This document shows, piece by piece, positions 8,078 through 17,403 of a stretch of DNA of 64,000 bases. The stretch is from Thermodesulfobacteriota bacterium. GTDB lineage: Bacteria; Desulfobacterota; Binatia; Bin18. How positions within the stretch are numbered: position 1 is the first letter of the stretch; each line of letters begins with the position of its first letter. A program made the position numbers and the translations under genes. The notes under the pieces are model-generated. The model did not search any database, had not been told where the DNA came from, and saw only the letters and a list, made by a program, of their open reading frames with translations. The stretch covers positions 896,001 to 960,000 of the forward strand of contig OZ219926.1 in assembly GCA_964291405.2 (NCBI GenBank), given 5' to 3'.

Positions 8078-10936
8078 ATGATTCTCGTTCTCTTCTTTCT
8101 GTCCGGTTTTACCGCCCTGCTGTACGAAGTGGTCTGGGAACGTCTCCTGCACGTCGTGTTCGGGCTGTCGACCTATGCCGTCACCGTGGTTACTGCGGCC
8201 TTCATGTTGGGTCTTGCCCTGGGCTATATGGCCGGCCAAAGCCGCCGCTTGTCCCGCTATCACCCCTTTGTCGTGTATGGCCTGGCAGAAGGATTGATCG
8301 GTGTTTTCGCCCTGATTTTTCCCTTTCTGCTGAAAATGATCGACGTGGTCTATGTAGCCTCCGGCGGCAGTTTTGCGCTGCAAATCGTTCTCACCCTACT
8401 CGCCCTGTCGCTGCCCGCAACACTGATGGGCCTCACCCTGCCCACCCTGGCCCGGCAGCTCGCTCAGGAAGGACGCACCGGACGCCGGATCGGGCTCTTA
8501 TACGCGATCAACACCACCGGTTCCGTGCTCGGAGCGTTTTTCGCCGGGGTCTTTTTTATTCGGACCTATGGCGTGTTTCAGACCACGCTGATCGCAACCG
8601 CGATCAATGCGGCAATCTGTCTGGTTGCCCTGATCCAACCCCGTCGGCCCGTCAAACAGGCGGACCACTCTGCAGAACAGACCGAACGTACGGGGCAGAC
8701 ATCCTCGCTCCCCGTCAGGTTGCTCTTTTTTCCGTTTATCACCGGCTTTACGGGCCTCGCGCTCCAGATCATCTGGGTGCGGACCCTGATCTGTGTGGTG
8801 TCGAACAACACCTATTCCTTCTCGGTTGTTCTGGCCGACATCCTCATGGGGTTAGCCCTGGGAGCGTGGCTCTATGCCGCGTGCGGGCCGTCACGCGCAA
8901 GCCAGCCGACCAAGGCGCTGGTGTTTCTGCTCGTTCAGGCTATTGGGGCGAGCGCAATTCTCGTTTCGTTAGGGATATTCAACCAGCTCCACGACGTCAC
9001 CCTGGACCTCAGTCGCTGGGTTGGCGGCAATCACTGGTTCGGCCTGGGTCTGGTCCGTTTTGCCGCGGCCGCGGTTGTGACTCTTATTCCAGCGACCGCT
9101 TCGGGCTTTGTTGTTCCTCTCCTCGTTGATCTTTTTCGCGACCAGACCCGGCGCTCCCCGCACAGCGCTGCCGGTGTTGTCTTTGCCGCCAACACCTTCG
9201 GCAGTCTGAGCGGTGCGCTCAGCGGTGGCCTGATCCTGATTCCACTGCTGGGACTGAGTCATGGCATGGTCTTTTTGGCTCTGCTGTCTGTCGGCGTCGG
9301 CCTCCTCCTGCTTCTGCTGACCCGTCCCTCTGGTGCGCTCAGGCTCACCTGGGGTGGCCTCGTCACGGCAGCGACCCTGGTGGTCGCCGTGCTCGTCCCC
9401 AAAGAACTGACGCTCATGAAGTGGTACGACCGCTTTGAGAATATCGAAGGGGAACTGCTGTTCTATCGGGAGGGCGTGTCCGGGACGTTGGCCGTTTTCC
9501 AGGTCGGTGAGATCAAAGAACTCTTTATCAACTGCATCGAGGAGGTGCCGACCCATCGGGATGCCGTCGCTACCTTTAAGATGCTGGGCCACCTGCCCCT
9601 GCTGCTCCAGCCCGACCCCAAACAGGTCCTGGTCAACGCGGTCGGCGGAGGAGTCACCTTAGGAGCGGCGACCAAACATGACGTGACTGTCGAGGCGGTA
9701 GACATTGTTCCCGATGTCCGCGCGGCCATGCATTTTTTTGGAGTCGAAAACGGCAATGTCGTTGAACGCACAAACTGGACGCTGATTGCCGATGATGGGC
9801 GAAATTATCTGAAAGTATCGCCCCATCGCTACGACGCGATTACCGCGGACGCCACCCATCCGGCCGCGGCAGAGTCCTGGATGCTGTATACGCTGGAGTA
9901 TTACCAACAGGTTTATGACAAACTGAATGACACCGGCGTCTATGTCCAGTGGCTGCCTTTGCACAATATGGCACCGACCGATTATTTGTCGGTACTGTCC
10001 ACCTTTCGGCGCGTGTTCCGCGAAGAGACCTTACTCCTGTTCACGAGCCGCTACACCCTGCTGGTCGGAGCCAAACAGCCCCTTGCTCTCTCTCCCGCCG
10101 TCCTGGACCAGCGTCTCAGTCAACTCAGCGCGGAGGTCCGTGCCGACCTGGAAGAGATCGGCATTACCCGCGGGCAGGATATTCTCAAGTCTATTATTTT
10201 TGATGGGCCACGCATCGATGCGCTGGTCGGAGATGACTATCCGCTCCTGACCGACGATCATACCTCGGTCGAGTTTGCCGAACTCAATCGGCTGGGCATT
10301 GCCGGCACGATGCCCTTTATCCTGGCCCGGCTTCTGCCCCATATTCAGCCGGACCGGTTGGCCGAACAGTATGGTGTCGAACCGACCGTCATGCTCGCCC
10401 GGGCCCTCTTCATGCGCTCCAAAGCGGTAGGCACGGATGAGCCGCTCGAACGTTCGTACGCAGCCCTCAGCGAGGTTGACCAGGCCGCTCGCCTGACCCC
10501 GGACGATAAGGATATTGCCTATTACCGCGAGATTACTACGCGGGAATTTCTGGACCTGCTGGTCGCCCGCTATGCGGAGTTGCTCAACTCCCCGAATCCG
10601 GGAACCCTTCTCCCCAAGGCCAGGCTGGCCGCCCACCTGCGACCGGACAATCCGTTTGTTCAGGAGTTGCTCGGTGTAACCTTGCTGAAATTAGAGCGGT
10701 ACGAAGAAGCGCTCGCCCCGCTCGAAGCAGCCGTAAAGGTGAGGCCGGGCGATTTCAACTATTTGTCGAATCTGGCGTTTGCCTATGAGCAGGTCGGACA
10801 CTATGCGGATGCGCTGCGTATGCTTCAACAGGCCAAGGAGGCGAACCCCAACGCGGCGCAAGTCCTGGACCAGGCCAGCACCCGCGTGGAACACAAGATG
10901 CGGACCACGGACGAAGCAGCAGGAGCCACCGAGTAG
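8078..10936 (+). CDS. fused MFS-like membrane domain / spermidine-synthase-like methyltransferase with C-terminal TPR
   Basis: SGFTALLYEVVW and LYAINTTG repeats, DDGRNYL, YDAITAD, QWLPLH; TPR-like helices at the C-terminus. Confidence 0.9.
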   Translation: MILVLFFLSGFTALLYEVVWERLLHVVFGLSTYAVTVVTAAFMLGLALGYMAGQSRRLSRYHPFVVYGLAEGLIGVFALIFPFLLKMIDVVYVASGGSFALQIVLTLLALSLPATLMGLTLPTLARQLAQEGRTGRRIGLLYAINTTGSVLGAFFAGVFFIRTYGVFQTTLIATAINAAICLVALIQPRRPVKQADHSAEQTERTGQTSSLPVRLLFFPFITGFTGLALQIIWVRTLICVVSNNTYSFSVVLADILMGLALGAWLYAACGPSRASQPTKALVFLLVQAIGASAILVSLGIFNQLHDVTLDLSRWVGGNHWFGLGLVRFAAAAVVTLIPATASGFVVPLLVDLFRDQTRRSPHSAAGVVFAANTFGSLSGALSGGLILIPLLGLSHGMVFLALLSVGVGLLLLLLTRPSGALRLTWGGLVTAATLVVAVLVPKELTLMKWYDRFENIEGELLFYREGVSGTLAVFQVGEIKELFINCIEEVPTHRDAVATFKMLGHLPLLLQPDPKQVLVNAVGGGVTLGAATKHDVTVEAVDIVPDVRAAMHFFGVENGNVVERTNWTLIADDGRNYLKVSPHRYDAITADATHPAAAESWMLYTLEYYQQVYDKLNDTGVYVQWLPLHNMAPTDYLSVLSTFRRVFREETLLLFTSRYTLLVGAKQPLALSPAVLDQRLSQLSAEVRADLEEIGITRGQDILKSIIFDGPRIDALVGDDYPLLTDDHTSVEFAELNRLGIAGTMPFILARLLPHIQPDRLAEQYGVEPTVMLARALFMRSKAVGTDEPLERSYAALSEVDQAARLTPDDKDIAYYREITTREFLDLLVARYAELLNSPNPGTLLPKARLAAHLRPDNPFVQELLGVTLLKLERYEEALAPLEAAVKVRPGDFNYLSNLAFAYEQVGHYADALRMLQQAKEANPNAAQVLDQASTRVEHKMRTTDEAAGATE

Positions 10937-10942
10937 GCACTG

Positions 10943-11141
10943 CTAGAGCGTTTCACGATACGTTGTCGTCATGCCAGTACGCGCTCGTCGGGAAGAACAC
11001 TGGCCTGCACCAAACGGCCTGGGAGGGGATGGGGGCGGCTCCCCTCCTGGGAGAGCCGCCAAGATGGCCGCTTGCGGGCTGGAAGCCCGCACTCCTCAAG
11101 GAGAAGAGAGACGCGCTCCTCAGCATCGTGATTTGCTCTAG
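10943..11141. mobile_element. MITE-like element copy 2
   Basis: Imperfect 17-bp terminal inverted repeat CTAGAGCGTTTCACGAT ... ATCGTGATTTGCTCTAG; core carries the GCGGGCTGGAAGCCCGC palindrome. Confidence 0.8.
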
Positions 11142-12283
11142 GCCGAGCGGCGTTCGGCGATCAGTTGGTCAATTTCGTCCTTGAGGCGGTCCAGCACAAC
11201 GTCGTAGCCGAAGTGACCGAGCTTGACACTCTTCTTCTTGAGATTCACGGTTGTCGGCCCACACCACAGCCCCAGGTCCGCATCGTCGGTTTCTCCGGGA
11301 CCGTTGACCCGACAGCCCATGACGGCAATGGTGATGTCATGCTGCTTGGCGTAGGCGGACATGGTCTTGACCTCCTGCGCGAGCTCGACGAATTTCTCAT
11401 TTTCAACCCGCGAGCAGCTTGGACAGGAGATGATGTTCAGACCCTTTCCGAAGTCGGGGACTGAGATGAAACGGCCGTTTTGCGTGTCGTTGAGAATGGA
11501 GAAACCGGCGCTGACTTCCTCGTGTTTGCGCTCGTTGGGCAGGGTCAGGGACACACGAATCGTGTCGCCCACACCATTGGCCAACAGCTTTTCAAAAGCA
11601 ATCCGGCTCTTGATCACACCGTCCGGTGGCAAGCCGGCTTCGGTCACACCCAGATGGAGAGGCACATCCGGGCGCGTCTGGGAAAACCGGGTATTGGCCT
11701 CGACGACCTTGGCCGGGTCGGAATCCTTGAGCGACACAACGAAGCGCTCGTATTGCAGATCTTCCATGAGCTGGCAGTGATACAGGGTCGATTGAACCAG
11801 GGCTTCCATCTGATCGCCGGGATATTTTTCAAGGAAGGCGGGGGCTACCGAACCGCAGTTGACGCCAATCCGCATGGCGACATCATGCTCTCGGGCGACA
11901 TCAACCAGCCAGGCGACCTTTTCCGGAATGGTTTTCCGCTTTTCAATATGGTGCAGATGGCCGGGATTGTAGCGGATTTTGTCAACATGGGGTGCGACCT
12001 GGTTCGCGACCTTGTAGTTCTCCTGGAGATCGACGGAGAGGGTTGCCGTGGTTTGGGCCCGGATCTCTTTGAGGGCCGCGGCCTCTTTGGGATTGTCCAC
12101 CGCAATACGGACAATCCCCGCTCCGGCCTCTTCGAGTTGATGCACCTGAGCGACGGTAGCATCAATATCCGTTGTTTTGGTCGCGCACATGCTCTGCACA
12201 ACGATGGGTGCGCCCGCCCCAACCCGGACTTTGCCAACCTGGACTGCACGTGTGGGTTTTCTTTTCGGCATGCTTTCAACCAC
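11138..12283 (-). CDS. ispG: 4-hydroxy-3-methylbut-2-en-1-yl diphosphate synthase
   Basis: [57 protein letters not shown]. Confidence 0.97.
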   Translation of the reverse strand: MVESMPKRKPTRAVQVGKVRVGAGAPIVVQSMCATKTTDIDATVAQVHQLEEAGAGIVRIAVDNPKEAAALKEIRAQTTATLSVDLQENYKVANQVAPHVDKIRYNPGHLHHIEKRKTIPEKVAWLVDVAREHDVAMRIGVNCGSVAPAFLEKYPGDQMEALVQSTLYHCQLMEDLQYERFVVSLKDSDPAKVVEANTRFSQTRPDVPLHLGVTEAGLPPDGVIKSRIAFEKLLANGVGDTIRVSLTLPNERKHEEVSAGFSILNDTQNGRFISVPDFGKGLNIISCPSCSRVENEKFVELAQEVKTMSAYAKQHDITIAVMGCRVNGPGETDDADLGLWCGPTTVNLKKKSVKLGHFGYDVVLDRLKDEIDQLIAERRSA

Positions 12284-12292
12284 TTCTGAGGT

Positions 12293-12463
12293 CTAGTGTT
12301 TCACCGGCATTTGGACAATGGGGGCATTGGGGTGCTGTTCGGCGTGTTCCTCCAGCCGCTGCTGGACCTCGGCGATCCATTGCCGGGCCTTTTCCTCGTC
12401 GATTTCCCCAGCGTCTCTCTTGCGGGCGACCTCATCCACAAACCGCTCGAAAAATGTTTTCAT
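12293..12463 (-). CDS. small hypothetical protein, 56 aa, upstream of ispG
   Basis: Manual translation MKTFFERFVDEVARKRDAGEIDEEKARQWIAEVQQRLEEHAEQHPNAPIVQMPVKH*; fills the gap co-directionally with ispG and has GC-rich third codon positions. Confidence 0.7.
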   Translation of the reverse strand: MKTFFERFVDEVARKRDAGEIDEEKARQWIAEVQQRLEEHAEQHPNAPIVQMPVKH

Positions 12464-12558
12464 ACGCCACTCTATTCCGCCCCTCGCCTATCACGAAATC
12501 GGCGAATGAGCTAGGCGGCCCGCTTCCGCCCGTTTGTGTCAGATGATACCGTCTCCAC

Positions 12559-13434
12559 ATGGGGGCCCAGATCGTCAAAGGCAAGGTCATCGCCCAGTCA
12601 GTGTATGCGGAACTTGGAGCGGAAATCTCCGAGTTGATCCAGAGCACCGGACGAAGACCCGTGCTGGTCAGTATTTATATCGGCTCGAACCCGGCCATCG
12701 AGGTCTATATCCGATCGATGAATCGGATTGCCCGAGGGTTGGGGATTGAGTATCGCTGGTACCATCTCCCGGACAATGCCCAAGAGGCCGAGGTGCTGCG
12801 CCGGTTGGAGCAGTTGAACCAGGACCCCGAAGTCACCGGCGTGATTATTCAGCTCCCCCTGCCTGAACATGTACGCCGCTCAGTCCTGGTCAACCATATT
12901 GCCCCACAAAAAGATGTGGACGGCACCCATCCGGAAAATGTCGGGGCCGCCGTCACCGGAGAGATGCGCATTGGCTCCTGTACCGCCCTGGCCGTCATGC
13001 GCCTTTTGGACGCAACCGGAATCGACATGGAAGGCAAAGAGGCGGTTATTGTCGGACACAGCGATCTGGTAGGGAAACCGCTCAGCCTGATGCTGGTCGA
13101 CCGCTTAGCCACCGTGACCATCTGCCATATCGCGACCGCTCAGCGGGGGCTGTTAGCCGAGCATGTTCGTCGGGCAGAGGTCCTCATTGTGGCAGTCGGC
13201 TCTCCCGGGCTGATCAAGGGCGACTGGGTCCGCCCCGGGGCAGCCGTGATCGACGTTGGTATCAATCAGGTGGGCTCACGTCTCGTTGGCGATGTGGAAT
13301 TTGACGCGGCCAAGGAACGCGCCGCATTTATCACGCCGGTTCCAGGCGGCGTCGGACCGGTGACGGTGTCCATGCTCATGAACAACACCGTCAACGCCTT
13401 CCGTACCCAGGTGGGACATCTGTCCGAAGGCTGA
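12559..13434 (+). CDS. folD: bifunctional methylenetetrahydrofolate dehydrogenase/cyclohydrolase
   Basis: GVIIQLPLP, KDVDG, VIDVGIN, ITPVPGGVGPVT. Confidence 0.96.
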   Translation: MGAQIVKGKVIAQSVYAELGAEISELIQSTGRRPVLVSIYIGSNPAIEVYIRSMNRIARGLGIEYRWYHLPDNAQEAEVLRRLEQLNQDPEVTGVIIQLPLPEHVRRSVLVNHIAPQKDVDGTHPENVGAAVTGEMRIGSCTALAVMRLLDATGIDMEGKEAVIVGHSDLVGKPLSLMLVDRLATVTICHIATAQRGLLAEHVRRAEVLIVAVGSPGLIKGDWVRPGAAVIDVGINQVGSRLVGDVEFDAAKERAAFITPVPGGVGPVTVSMLMNNTVNAFRTQVGHLSEG

Positions 13435-13563
13435 GCACCCGGTCGATGAGGCCAACCCCCAAGATTTCATCATGCCGCCGACTGCCGATGCGATCAGGAG
13501 AGAGCGAACGCCGTCCTCATAGATGACCGGCAGCAACGCGCCGCGGTACATCTCAGGACGGGT

Positions 13564-14325
13564 TTACGGTCCCAACGGTTCTTCTTCGAGCGTCACCGTA
13601 ATCTGGAGGGGCCGGTTCTTTCGCAGGACTGAAAAGGCCACCTGGTCTCCGGGGCTGTAGCGCTGCATGGCTTCGGTAAAGTCCTGAGCGGTCCGAACCG
13701 GAGTGTTCTCAACCGCGACAATAAGGTCGCCGACAGGATGGCGCTCCCTGGTGATATGATCGTGAGCGGCAACGAGTGGCATGACAAACGGACCGGCCGG
13801 TGACATGGCCAGCGCAATGATAGCGGCCTTCTTCACTAAATCATTCCGGTTGTGCCGCGTTGGCGTATTCACGCCTTCGAAACCGGAACGATGCGCCGGA
13901 CTGCCCTCAATGACGCTTAAGACCCGGACGCCCTCCGGTCCCTCCTCGGCTGTGGCATACAGGACGCCGAGATAGGTGCGTTTGGACTCAACCGCTGACG
14001 GGTCGGGCCATTCAGACAGCTGACTGTCCGTTGCGGCAGAGGACCAGTCTTCGTGCGGATGCAATTCTCTGAAATCAGACGCTGGGAGTTCGGCCGGGGC
14101 GGCCGGTTGGCTCAGGCCACTCCGGACAGGAATCTCCAGCACTTGCGGGGCGCCGACCTCCTGGGCATGCTGGTCCGTATCAGCCGGAGCGTTCTGCGCC
14201 TGGGTGAGACGAGGCGCGGTCCAGAGACCGGCGGTCAGGACACCGGCCATAACAACTGGAAACCAGAGGACACGCGCCTGCATTATCGGGCCTCCTTTTT
14301 GCCGTCCGCGCTCTTGGCTGCCCAT
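13564..14325 (-). CDS. secreted PDZ domain protein
   Basis: Signal peptide; YLGV..., GSPAHRSG, GDLIVAVEN PDZ motifs interrupted by a hydrophobic insert. Start may be the internal MQARV. Confidence 0.75.
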   Translation of the reverse strand: MGSQERGRQKGGPIMQARVLWFPVVMAGVLTAGLWTAPRLTQAQNAPADTDQHAQEVGAPQVLEIPVRSGLSQPAAPAELPASDFRELHPHEDWSSAATDSQLSEWPDPSAVESKRTYLGVLYATAEEGPEGVRVLSVIEGSPAHRSGFEGVNTPTRHNRNDLVKKAAIIALAMSPAGPFVMPLVAAHDHITRERHPVGDLIVAVENTPVRTAQDFTEAMQRYSPGDQVAFSVLRKNRPLQITVTLEEEPLGP

Positions 14326-14363
14326 TATTCATCCCTCGCTCTCAAAGCGCAAGCAGGCGCGTA

Positions 14364-14918
14364 TTACCGGGCCGATTTGAGCTTGGCCAGCTCAGCCTCC
14401 AGCTCACTGACCGGAAGGACCTCTCCGGGGTTCTGCATGACGCGGACAAAACGCACCACCCCGTCCGTATCAATCAGCACATAGGCTCTCTGGCTGAGCC
14501 GCTTTTCCCGGTCCAGCCAGCCGACATAGTTTTCAACCACCTCGGGGGCGTCAAACGCACTCAACAGCGGATAGCTGAGGGCCAGTTGTTCGCGAAATAT
14601 GCGCTGGGAAGCCGTGTGGTTCGTACTGATTCCCAGGACCACCGCGTCGAGTTGCTTTTCCTGCCGAGCATCCTGCCCGTTTGCTAACTGAAGGGTTCAG
14701 CCTGGGGTAAAGTCCAAAATATAAAACAACAGCAGAACATTCCGTTTTCCCGTAAAATCCGAGAGACAGACCGTCTCACCATCCTGTGCGGGCAAACAGA
14801 AGGCAGGCGCAGGACTCCCGACTTCAACCGCGGCACCGACGGGACGACCCCACAGCAGCAGACCGGCGATGAAGACTACGCACCAATTCCAGTTCAATTT
14901 GTTCATACCTATTCTCAT
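14364..14918 (-). CDS. AhpC/TSA (peroxiredoxin/BCP-like) selenoprotein; TGA at 14697-14699 read as Sec
   Basis: ORFs 14697..14918 and 14364..14642 are in one frame, separated only by a TGA at the peroxidatic position (FTPG-U-TLQL); GIS and RAYVLID.DG.VR motifs follow downstream. Confidence 0.88.
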
Positions 14919-14929
14919 CCGTCATACGC

Positions 14930-15394
14930 CTAGCGTACGGCATACACGTCGTAGCGCACTTCGCCCCGTTCCAGATACGCCTCTCCGACCCCAACACACA
15001 GGCAACGATTCATCCATACATAGTCGGGGTGAGCGGTCTGACACCAGGGGTTCGTCCGAATCGGCGCCCCGCTGGGCGGAAGCTCGCCATCCAAAAATTT
15101 CTGATAGCCGTCCGCACCCAAATCCAACACGCCATTATAGGTCACATAAATCAATGCCCCATCATGGGCCTCAACGGTCGCCCGCACGTCGAGATACGCC
15201 ACCCCATCGGGCCGGACAGTCAGCCAGTCCGCGCCAACCGGACGCAGCTTGCCTTGCAGTTTGGGACCTTCGACTTCGCCGCCCGTGACGTATACATTGA
15301 CCCGAGCACCGCCGGGCACCGGCCCTATTGTTTCAGGCGGCATTTCCAGGGTAGCGGTATAGGAAAAGAGGTGCTCCATAGTATACTCGAACAT
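14930..15394 (-). CDS. DUF3237 domain protein
   Basis: TGGEVEGPKLQG, GADW, LDVR.T...DGA.IYV.Y.G, Y.W.N motifs. Confidence 0.9.
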   Translation of the reverse strand: MFEYTMEHLFSYTATLEMPPETIGPVPGGARVNVYVTGGEVEGPKLQGKLRPVGADWLTVRPDGVAYLDVRATVEAHDGALIYVTYNGVLDLGADGYQKFLDGELPPSGAPIRTNPWCQTAHPDYVWMNRCLCVGVGEAYLERGEVRYDVYAVR

Positions 15395-15486
15395 GTCATC
15401 TCCTTTTTACGGCGGTAGCCGATGAACAAGAGAAGACCTACCCCGTCCCCCCCAAGGCGTCAAGACAAAGGAAAAGGAGTCAGCCT

Positions 15487-15708
15487 ATGGCGAAAGCCCA
15501 ACACTGTCTGATGTGTGCCGACGAGCTCTATCGGATGAGCAACTATGGAGAGCCGGCGGACGGCAACTGGCCACCCATGGTTGAGGACGAAAAATACGGG
15601 ACGCTGATTATCTGTCCCGCGTGCGAGGCGGAGCACCTCACCTTTATGGATGACACCCCCGGTCATCCACCGGTGCGGCGTATTCGGATGCTCAAGCCCC
15701 GCGAATAG
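15487..15708 (+). CDS. small zinc-ribbon protein
   Basis: CLMC and CPAC pairs; AAGGAG RBS. Confidence 0.7.
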   Translation: MAKAQHCLMCADELYRMSNYGEPADGNWPPMVEDEKYGTLIICPACEAEHLTFMDDTPGHPPVRRIRMLKPRE

Positions 15709-15710
15709 AC

Positions 15711-17105
15711 TCAGTGCCCGGCGGACGCCCGCGCCTGTATGGCCTGGTATTCGGGCTCAAAGAAAAATTGGGGTTCCCCGCCGGCGGGTTTGAGGTGGTC
15801 GAGCCAGGTTGCGTCGGGGTCGAACTTGGCAAAGAACGGTCGCTGGACCCAATCGGCATTCCGCCCCTGGATAAAGCGCAGGACAAAGACTTTTTCGCCG
15901 TTTACTTCAGTGATGCCCTGCACCTCGACCTTGCCCGGTCCCGCGCTCATGGACGGGCCACGGGCGGTCCGCGCCAGGCCGGAGACCTGGGAAATGGCCT
16001 CACGGTAAATCTCCCAGGCACGAGCCAGCGGCACCTCAAAATAACACCGCGCCCCGGTATCGCGCTCAACGAACATATAGTACGGAATGATGCCCAAGCG
16101 GACCTGTGTCCGCCACAACCGGGTCCACACCGCGGCGTCATCGTTGATATGGGCCAGGAGCGGCCCCTGACCACGGATAACAACGCCGGTCGAGCGCAGA
16201 CGCCGGACCGCCTCACGGACCTCCGGCTGTTCCAATTCTCTCCAGTGGTTATAGTGCGCCATGAACGCCACATGCTTGCCGGCCGCGACGAGCTGCTCAC
16301 ACAGACGCATGAGATCGTCGGCATCCGCATCGCTCGTAAAGCGGAAGGGCCAGTAGGTCAGCGCTTTTGTGCCGATCCGAATGGTCTGGACGTGCTCGAA
16401 CTCCGGTTGGAGCAAGGGACGCAGGTATTCGGCCAAATGGTGGGTCTTCATGACCATCGGGTCTCCGCCGGTCATGAGCAGATCACTCACCTGCGGCTGT
16501 GAGGCCAGATAGCTATGCAGTTGACCGGCGTCGTTTGAATTAAAACGCAGCTCTTGAATGCCCACGAACTGCGCCCAGCGAAAACAGAAGGTGCAATAGG
16601 TATGGCACGTCTGGCCTTGGCTCGGGAAAAAGAGGACGGTTTCGCGATACTTATGCTGCATGCCGGGCAGAGATTCGCCGTCCAGGTGCGGGACGTTCAT
16701 CTGCTGTTGGCCGGCGGGATGCGGGTTCAGCCGAATACGGATCTCGTCCGCTGCGGCTTTGACCGCGATGCGATCCGCCCCTTTCCTGAGCAGATCAGCC
16801 ATGCGCTCAAAGTCTTCCGGCTGCAACATGCCCGGCTGCGGAAAAGTCAACTGGAACATGGGGTCATCGGGGATATTGTCCCAATCAATGAGATGCTCGA
16901 TGACGTACGGATTGATGCGAAAGGGCAGGACAGTGGCGACAACCCGCATCTGAAAACGTTGCTCATCGGATAAGCGTTGCAGTTGCGGAATCTGGTCGAG
17001 GTGGCGCTCATTGTACACCTTGAAGCGTGGAGCGGAGGATTCGGGCGTGACGGCAATAGAGGAGCCGTTTGCAATATCCAGGCGGTGGGCCGTTTCGTCC
17101 AGCAT
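15711..17105 (-). CDS. KamA-family radical SAM aminomutase-like protein
   Basis: HKYRETVL, CHTYCTFCFR (CxxxCxxC), TGGDPM, RIGTK, PYYMF; GGAGG RBS before ATG 17105. Confidence 0.92.
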   Translation of the reverse strand: MLDETAHRLDIANGSSIAVTPESSAPRFKVYNERHLDQIPQLQRLSDEQRFQMRVVATVLPFRINPYVIEHLIDWDNIPDDPMFQLTFPQPGMLQPEDFERMADLLRKGADRIAVKAAADEIRIRLNPHPAGQQQMNVPHLDGESLPGMQHKYRETVLFFPSQGQTCHTYCTFCFRWAQFVGIQELRFNSNDAGQLHSYLASQPQVSDLLMTGGDPMVMKTHHLAEYLRPLLQPEFEHVQTIRIGTKALTYWPFRFTSDADADDLMRLCEQLVAAGKHVAFMAHYNHWRELEQPEVREAVRRLRSTGVVIRGQGPLLAHINDDAAVWTRLWRTQVRLGIIPYYMFVERDTGARCYFEVPLARAWEIYREAISQVSGLARTARGPSMSAGPGKVEVQGITEVNGEKVFVLRFIQGRNADWVQRPFFAKFDPDATWLDHLKPAGGEPQFFFEPEYQAIQARASAGH

Positions 17106-17136
17106 AGAGATACCTCCTCCGAGGAGTCTCCTCTTT

Positions 17137-17204
17137 CCCACTCACACCGCTTCGTACCCACTCACACCGCTTCATATCCACTTACCAACACATACCGCTT
17201 CATA
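17137..17204. repeat. three roughly 20-bp direct repeats in the KamA leader
   Basis: CCCACTCACACCGCTTCGTA, CCCACTCACACCGCTTCATA, then after 8 bp CCAACACATACCGCTTCATA. Confidence 0.85.
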
Positions 17205-17258
17205 CACTGCGAGCCTGAGAAAAGAGGGCAGCTCTCCCTCACTGGAGAGCGAAGGGAG

Positions 17259-17287
17259 ACTGTAGAAAGAAATAGGCGAAAAGTCAA
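17259..17287 (-). promoter_or_regulatory. sigma70-type promoter for the KamA gene
   Basis: Minus strand TTGACT-17 bp-TACAGT with an AT-rich region upstream. Confidence 0.65.
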
Positions 17288-17403
17288 ATAAAAAGGCTAT
17301 TTACGAGAACGGAGTTTTATTCCAGACCAAAGAAGGGGATGCGTCCTTCTGCCCTCTCCTTGGTCTGAAGACGCTGCCGCCTGGTGAGCGTGAGAGGCGG
17401 AAT

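Noticed and set aside
13435-13563. Possible gene fragment or hairpin between folD and the PDZ gene
   Set aside because: Only a 7-bp inverted repeat and no recognisable protein motif.
17137-17204. CRISPR array
   Set aside because: Only three roughly 20-bp units with 0-8 bp between them; no spacers and no cas genes.
17205-17260. Glycine or lysine riboswitch in the KamA leader
   Set aside because: GGAGAG and CTCAGG words are present, but the conserved CCGAAG core and required length are missing; no lysine-riboswitch hallmarks.
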